Positions 57,420 through 64,000 of a DNA stretch of 64,000 nucleotides are shown here, one piece after another. Positions within the stretch are counted from its first letter, which is position 1. Every line of letters begins with the position of its first letter. This stretch comes from Phoronis australis (taxonomy: Eukaryota; Animalia; Phoronida), in contig NMRA01000136.1 in assembly GCA_002633005.1 (NCBI GenBank), positions 784,369-848,368 on the forward strand, read 5' to 3'. The notes under the pieces are model-generated. The model ran no database searches, was not told the origin of the DNA, and saw only the letters and a program-made list of their open reading frames with translations. The translations under genes and the position numbers were made by a program.

Positions 57420-60400
57420 CTAGGCTTTCAGCAGAGCATGCACGACAGCCTTGGCATTTAAGTTCATGATGTCAGTGTACGTCTGCCCAGTTCCGACAAA
57501 TATGATTGGCTGGCCAGTAGTGTACGTCATGGAGATCGCAGCACCCACCTACAAAAATTTATTAGATTCCATTAAAGAAAGCGCTTTATGAGTATTGAAT
57601 ATGTCTTTATATTCCCTTAATTATACTTGCATGCAACAGGATGATTCTGTGTTCAAATGATAAATCTTAGCGTGATAAGATGAATATTAATGCAGCATGC
57701 AAGCTGCTTATTAATTAGCATTTTGAATATCAAATTTTATGGCGAAAATGGTCTTACACAAATCATGGATTCACATCCAGTTGATAGTGTAACACAATAC
57801 TAGGGAACAATATTGCATGATTCTTAATATTCATTTTATGTGGTAAATAACACAGAAAAAAGGTCATCTTTGTGCAGATTTTCATTTTCACAACTGTTAC
57901 AGTTTATCATTAGGTGCAATAGCCGATTGGTTAGGATTATGAAATGTTGAAATCACAAGTCCACTTTGACTGGACAGAAAACACAATACAGAAATCCTGG
58001 AATGATGGCATTTCAAAATGCGAGCGTATGTTTCACATCACAAGTTGAAGTTGTTTAATCAGATTCAGGAAACACGTCTCGGTGATTCCATACATTTGAT
58101 AATTACTTGGGCTCTGATTGACTTCATCATAGTATGTCAAACAATAGCCAACTTCAATGCACAGACACATATTGCCTTCAAAATAAGTGACATAGCAAAA
58201 GATGCTGTTAAACAAAATCAAATAAATATCTGCATGAAGTGCAGTTGTGAGTAAGACACATTTTGCGTGTTCTTAAAGCTATAAAGCTGGAGGCTGACTT
58301 CAAAGCAGAAGGTACGATACGTGAAAAGTTTTATTACTGCCTCACACAATTCTTGCTCAAGCATTCACTTCTGCACACACTGTTGGCAAAATTTAATCCA
58401 TAATCTTAGCAGTGGCTAATGTAGAAGAGCTTGCGGTAACACTTCCCATTTTTTAAGTGCACATGTACCAATGAGTGTCAGTACCTTATCATCTATGGTG
58501 TCAAACTTGGTCAGCACGATGCCGTCAATGAGGCGTGGGTCATTCATGCTGGAGTGGTCAGCCAGCGCCTGGTTGAACTTCTTCAGCTGGTCAACAGCCT
58601 CGTTTCCAACCAATGCCTCACCCACAAACAGAACTAGGTCAGGCTGGTTGACCTTAATGAGCTGGAACACCAACAGAATACAGAAGTAACAAATGTTCAT
58701 GACCATGGCCCCGCCCACAAACAGAACTAGGTCAAGCTGGTTGACCTTAATGAGCTAGAACACCAACAGAATACAGAAGTAACAAATGTTCATGTCCATG
58801 GCCCCGCCCACGAACAGAACTAGGCCAGGCTGGTTGACCATTAGCTACAAAACCTATAGCTATTCATGTCCGTGGTAACGCCTACAAACAGAACTGGATC
58901 ACACTGATTGGTCTTGATGAGGAGACCATCAAGTAGTTCTAATGACTTCATACTAAATATAACTACGTTCTGCAAGCAAGTTGCCTAAAACATAAACTAC
59001 AACACAAATTTTATTTTTTACAATAAAATACTGAGAGAATGAAGGGGACAGTAAATTGTCGGGATAAAACATGAATTTGGGTTAAAATAACAGTGTCAGA
59101 CCTACCTTTGCCAAAGCTCTCATCAAGGGTTCATTGTCTTGCATCCGTCCAGCAGTGTCTACTAAGACAACGTCTATCTTCATGTCTCGAGCTAAAAAGC
59201 ACAACAGAAAAACATAGCAAAATACAAAGCATCTACTGCCAACAGATTTTACTTGGAAATGACTTGAGATATGGCATATCAAGTAACATTTTCAGCATTT
59301 TCAAACTGTGTCTAGTTGGTGCTTCTCCCAGTTACTTTCCTATGAAACAGTTTAATACACAGTGATTTCATCATCAATATTCAAAATTCTACTATGTTTA
59401 GTTTGTGGTCCACGCTTGAAGTAGAGAACAGACCCAGTTCATCAATAGAATGGTTCCTTACTGAACTAAAATATTCATGTTAATACATGTCGCAATGTAG
59501 TACATACCATGAATCGTGATCAGTTATATACACAACAAACCAAAAACGTAAGTGCAAAAAAGTGCTCATGACTCTGCACAGGACAATGTTTTGCATCAGA
59601 CGTGTTCTTAGCTATTCACAAAAGTTTGGAATAAACTGATAAACACGTACTACCATACTGAAAAATCCACCAACCACAGAAGTCATTGCTTATAGTTAAA
59701 GCTGGTGATGATGAATATCGATCGAGGTCATGAGATTCGTCGATTATCTTGCTATATTTGGAATGAATCGGCAGTGTAAGTTTCCGACTTCGGACCTCAC
59801 GTTTTTAGTTAAAATAATATGTATATATTAAGTTTTTCAATTTCAAATTTAAAAATCTTCCATTATTACCTTATCACTAAGTGAGAAACAACTCAGTAAA
59901 TAACCTGCTTCGAATCTGCGTATTTTTGTCTAGTCTTGCATACTTGCATACTACAAGCCATATTTCTGTACGAATCCGCATTTTTTTGCGTACGGTACAC
60001 AGCTCTGGTTTTCTATTCATTGTCTTAACAACTACGTTTTCAAGTATTTAGCATGATTCAAATCTACTGTACCCATACAGTCCACAAACCACATAGGGTG
60101 ATACAGCAAGTCTACAGACTAAGGCAATACTTATGACTATAATGTATACACAGATAACACTACACGAATTATGCAACATTTTCACAAAGTTCTATGTCCC
60201 CCTATAGATCGTGATACCACGTTGTCTTCAGACTGAAGACACAACGGTACTGTCTGGTCAGTAACTTTAACCATGCATCAAACTCTGAATATTAGTAAGG
60301 TTGTAAACAGACCACACTGTCGTATCTTTGAACAATATTGCGCACAGACTATAGAAAGAGAAAGTTATCCACCATAAATCTGTCGAGATGAGCTATATAC

Positions 60401-63400
60401 AGAAGATGGGACAAGAATGTATGTGCGTTACCATAGTGAATGGCCTCCATGGCAATGCCTGCTGCATCCTTGCCATAGCCTTTTTCATACAGCTGCACCA
60501 TCTGTTGTCCACCATGTCTCTCAGCAGGGTGCAGTGCGTTCAGTTTGCGGGCGTGGGTGCGGAGCTGCTCTACAGCACCTGCACGGAAGGTGTCGCATGC
60601 TGCAATCATCACACGAAAGCCATTTTCCACTAGCCAGAAACACACCTAGAAAGAGGACACGACGTACTGTGATTAATCTATTTTCGAACAGAATTTAGAA
60701 GCAAGTTGGGCGGTCTCACACAACTTATCTCGAAATTTGTTTACAGTCAACGCTACACTAGAAGACAAAAGTAATCAGACAAAATACTATTTTTGGTCAT
60801 GACAGCTAATTTTGTTAACAACAACAAGAGCAATGCAGAGTGTTGAAATGCGCCCACGAATGCATTGCAAACGGTGTGCTTCTAGGAGTGTATATTTGTA
60901 TCATAAAAATGGCAGCTAGATGGCACAAAATACAAAACTGATATATTTCATCAAAGCTATTTACCACGTTTCATACAGATCCGTCAAGGAACTTCTGAGA
61001 AACCGAGGAAAACAGAAAAAATGAAGTTGCCAATAGGAGGCTATGGGCACAGCACCAAAACATAACTGCCACTAGGAGGTGCCACAGTAGTTGAAAGCGG
61101 AAAATTATCGCCAACCGTCCTCTTCACACTAAGAACATATATGCCAATTTTCACAATCATTCTTAGAGTAGGAGTGATTTGGTTGATAGAGGGGCAGTCG
61201 CCAAAAACAGACTAAAAACAGTAAAAATGGCCATAAGATAGTGCAAAATATGTTGAATCCATCCAATAACAGGAATATGTCATTGTTTCAATAGAAAGCT
61301 GTTTACCAAATCTCCTAAAAATCTGATAAACAGGTTCAGAGAAACAGAAGAAAATGGAAAAATATGATATTGCCACTAGGGGGCACAGTGTTTGTCGGAT
61401 CTGTCTGGAAGTCGTCGCCGTTCGCCAACTTCATATAAATACACTTGCTAAATATAATAAAGACCCTGCAAAGGATTTAGGAGATACAGCCATGGTTGTA
61501 AAAAATGCCACTAGGAGGTGCCACAGTAGTTGAGGTCATCTTAAAATCATTGTCAGTCCTCCTCCTTGTCACATACATGCCAATTTCCACAATCCCCCTT
61601 TGAGTGGTTTGGTTGACAGAGGGGCGGACTCGAAAACAGCAAAAATGGCCACTAGGTGGCGCACAGTACCTTGAATCCATCCGAAAACGGGTGGATAGCA
61701 TCATCTCACTAACTTGGCCTAACGGCCAAATTTTATGAAAATATGTTGAGGACCCCCGAAGTAAAAACTATAATTGCCCCTAGGGGGCACACCAGTTGAC
61801 AGAGAGGTCTAGGAACACACCTGCCAAATCTCATCAAGATCCTGTGAGGGGCTTAGGAAATACAGCTGCTGACGCCGGACACCCGGAGATGATTGTAAAA
61901 TGCGCCCACATATAAATATGTGGGCGTATAAAAAGGACTTCTAATAACCATCAACACGGCAAACTTCTAATTACAGATTGGCTGAGCCACCTTACCCACT
62001 TTTCTCCTAATTCCCTGTCATCCATCATGAAGGAAGACTAGTCTGACAGTGAATATGAGTTCCAACCAGACATCATGTTAGGGAATTCAGGATCATTTTG
62101 TCTATGAATACTTTTGACTTGTACTGTATTTAAATGCATCTGGAGATTTGGGTCAGCAAAAGATGATTCCAACCACAACTCGTACCAACACACCTGAGCC
62201 ATCTCTGAGTGAATTATACGGATGACTGAAGCTTTGAATACATGATGATAATACACAGTGGAAATCTTGGCCAAGTGTTGTGAATAATTGATATTGTCCT
62301 TCCTGTAACACTGGATTTACTCAGAACAATTGTTTAGGATTCAGTTACAGACATATGTACAAAACACACAAAACATACAATGACAATGAATGCCGTTGTC
62401 CAACAAATTGTGATTCAGATTACCTTGGCCAGATTGGTCGACTTGCCCACCCCATTGACCCCACAGAAGGTGATGGTGAAAGGTCGACCATTCTGTTTGG
62501 CATCCATAGCATCACGCAGGATGTCGATACGTCGTTTGGGAGAGAGCAGTTGGAGGCACGCCTCATGGAGGGTCTGCTTCACAGTGGATGCAATGCCTGC
62601 CAATACAACAGTGGCATTAATTTATTTTCCAACAATATAAAACACAAAAAATCACTAGCTTACATGCCTGTAAGTAGCTCTTCGAAAGGTGAGTAAAAAA
62701 CAAAGGTCACCATAGACAAGCATGCTCAAACAGAAGAAAAAGGAGACGAGAAATAAGGAGAGAAAAAGGGAATCAGATATAATGACTCGTGTGTCCCGTA
62801 TTAATGTTGAGACCATTGTGCTTGGCATGAAATTTGCCTGTAGGCACCATCGCCTTCGCTAACCTGGCAAAGAGATGAATGCAAACTATTTCATCTTCAT
62901 AAAACCTCTCCAGTCTCGACCCATAAATATTTTTTTAATAATAGACATGATGCATCCTTGAGTCCTCAAGTAACAACTCCATCTAGTGTTTAATCATGGA
63001 ACTAACCTGTTTCCAGACATAGTGCATTCAGTGCACTGTATGATGGGCTTGTTAATTTGAACATATTTAATTCAGTCTTCACAATCTTTCAGGTCACTAA
63101 ATGGCACTAGGGAGTCAGAGGTCCATGAAACCAACAAGAAAGGTCACTAAATGGCATTAGAGGTCAGAGGCCCATGAAAGGTCACTAAATGTCATTAGGG
63201 GGCCAGAAGCCCATGAAACCAACATTGACCCCCTTGACTAATATAAATTCTCACTCTGTTCATTTGTGACTCACCACTGAATGTCCCAAGAACTTTGCCT
63301 TCCAGTTTGGTGGCAACGGATTCACATAGTTTCTCAGCAATGTCTGCAGCAACATTCTTGGCTACAGACAAATACAAAATCGTATCAGACAGGCAAGAAA

Positions 63401-63882
63401 GCCCCAGATAATTATGTCAAGGCCATTGCAACAATACACAAATGCTACACAGGATGTAAACTAAGGCCCTCTTGTGACAATGTATCTCCAAATGTAAAAT
63501 CCAAAACATAGGTAATAAGAAAAGCAATTAAAAAGTAGACGTTTTGCCACAACCTGGCATCTCATGGACCTAGCGATGTAATATCTATAGCATTTTTACA
63601 TCATTCTACTCCTGTAAAATTTTCCTTCAACATGAGTCTACTTAGAGACCTCCCACAAACATCCTAGCAGCTTTTTGATGGGAAACTAGACACAACCCAT
63701 GAATCTGATGTCGGGGTCTTTACTCAGCTACAATGTAACCATGTTCAACTAAGGATGCCTTACCTACAAGATGGTCCTTCATCTTGGCTAGTGCTGGCTC
63801 TATGTCCTCTCTGGTCAATGACTTGGAACCAACCAAGCCCTTGAACATGTTAAACACACCAAATCCGCTCGACTTGGACTGG
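57420..63882 (-). CDS. SRPRA: Signal recognition particle receptor subunit alpha, 3' part (5' exons beyond the window)
   Basis: Exons 63882-63764, 63361-63275, 62596-62424, 60645-60432, 59191-59106, 58661-58485, 57548-57420 (TAG). SRP-GTPase motifs [25 protein letters not shown] and GTGQ are all present. Confidence 0.97.
58621..58922. repeat. ~93-bp tandem repeat (2 near-exact plus 2 decayed copies) spanning an SRPRA splice acceptor
   Basis: Unit cccacaaacagaactaggtcaggctggttgaccttaatgagct...ccatggccccg, with copies starting at 58621, 58714, ~58807 and ~58881. Confidence 0.9.
60754..62128. mobile_element. Tc1/mariner-like MITE (copy 3) split by a nested insertion
   Basis: The left part (60754 to ~60822) and right part (~61934 to 62128) together rebuild the family, with TA on both sides. 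Confidence 0.7.
60823..61933. mobile_element. Non-autonomous Helentron-associated (HINE/DINE-1-like) element
   Basis: Subterminal repeat aaatgcgcccac at 60846 and 61898; terminal hairpin gcgcccacatat-aa-atatgtgggcgt; palindrome gcaatgca...tgcattgc at the other end; internal repeats gccactaggaggtgccacagtagttga (61068, 61507). It sits in an A-rich run with no evident TSD. Confidence 0.6.
63091..63224. repeat. ~39-50-bp tandem repeat x3 in an SRPRA intron
   Basis: Unit aggtcactaaatggcaYtagRgg-cagaggcccatgaaa. Confidence 0.8.
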
Positions 63883-64000
63883 CTGTGAAAACACAACAAT
63901 GGCACAAAATGTTTCCCTCCGCTTTTTAAACAAAATTTTTCGTAACACTTGTCCATAAAAATTAGTTTTTAAACCATGCGCGTGTGATAAGAAACACAAG

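Noticed and set aside
609-63956. Remaining 60-120 aa six-frame ORFs
   Set aside because: They are antisense shadows of real exons, intron read-through extensions of exons, or chance ORFs in AT-rich DNA.

Overview
AT-rich, intron-rich animal (invertebrate-like) genomic DNA with four protein-coding genes that I reconstructed exon by exon, using GT-AG boundaries and phase continuity. (1) Vinculin on the minus strand: ATG at 37801, 19 core coding exons visible, 3' end off the left edge. (2) A divergently transcribed TALE homeobox gene of the PKNOX/Prep class on the plus strand, 43040-54322. (3) A two-exon LRR-Ig-mucin-stalk-TM receptor gene nested antisense in a PKNOX intron, 46111-48268. (4) The 3' half of SRP receptor alpha on the minus strand, from 57420 to beyond the right edge. 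Introns hold many MITE-like elements, a Helentron-type element nested inside a MITE, and several minisatellites. Three observations stand out: a set of frame-symmetric candidate cassette exons in the vinculin head-tail linker, including a 774-nt exon with an LD-like motif; a candidate 18-nt microexon in the vinculin tail; and four independent tandem duplications that straddle real splice sites and create arrays of echo splice sites. All alternative-splicing claims are inferences from genomic sequence and need RNA evidence.
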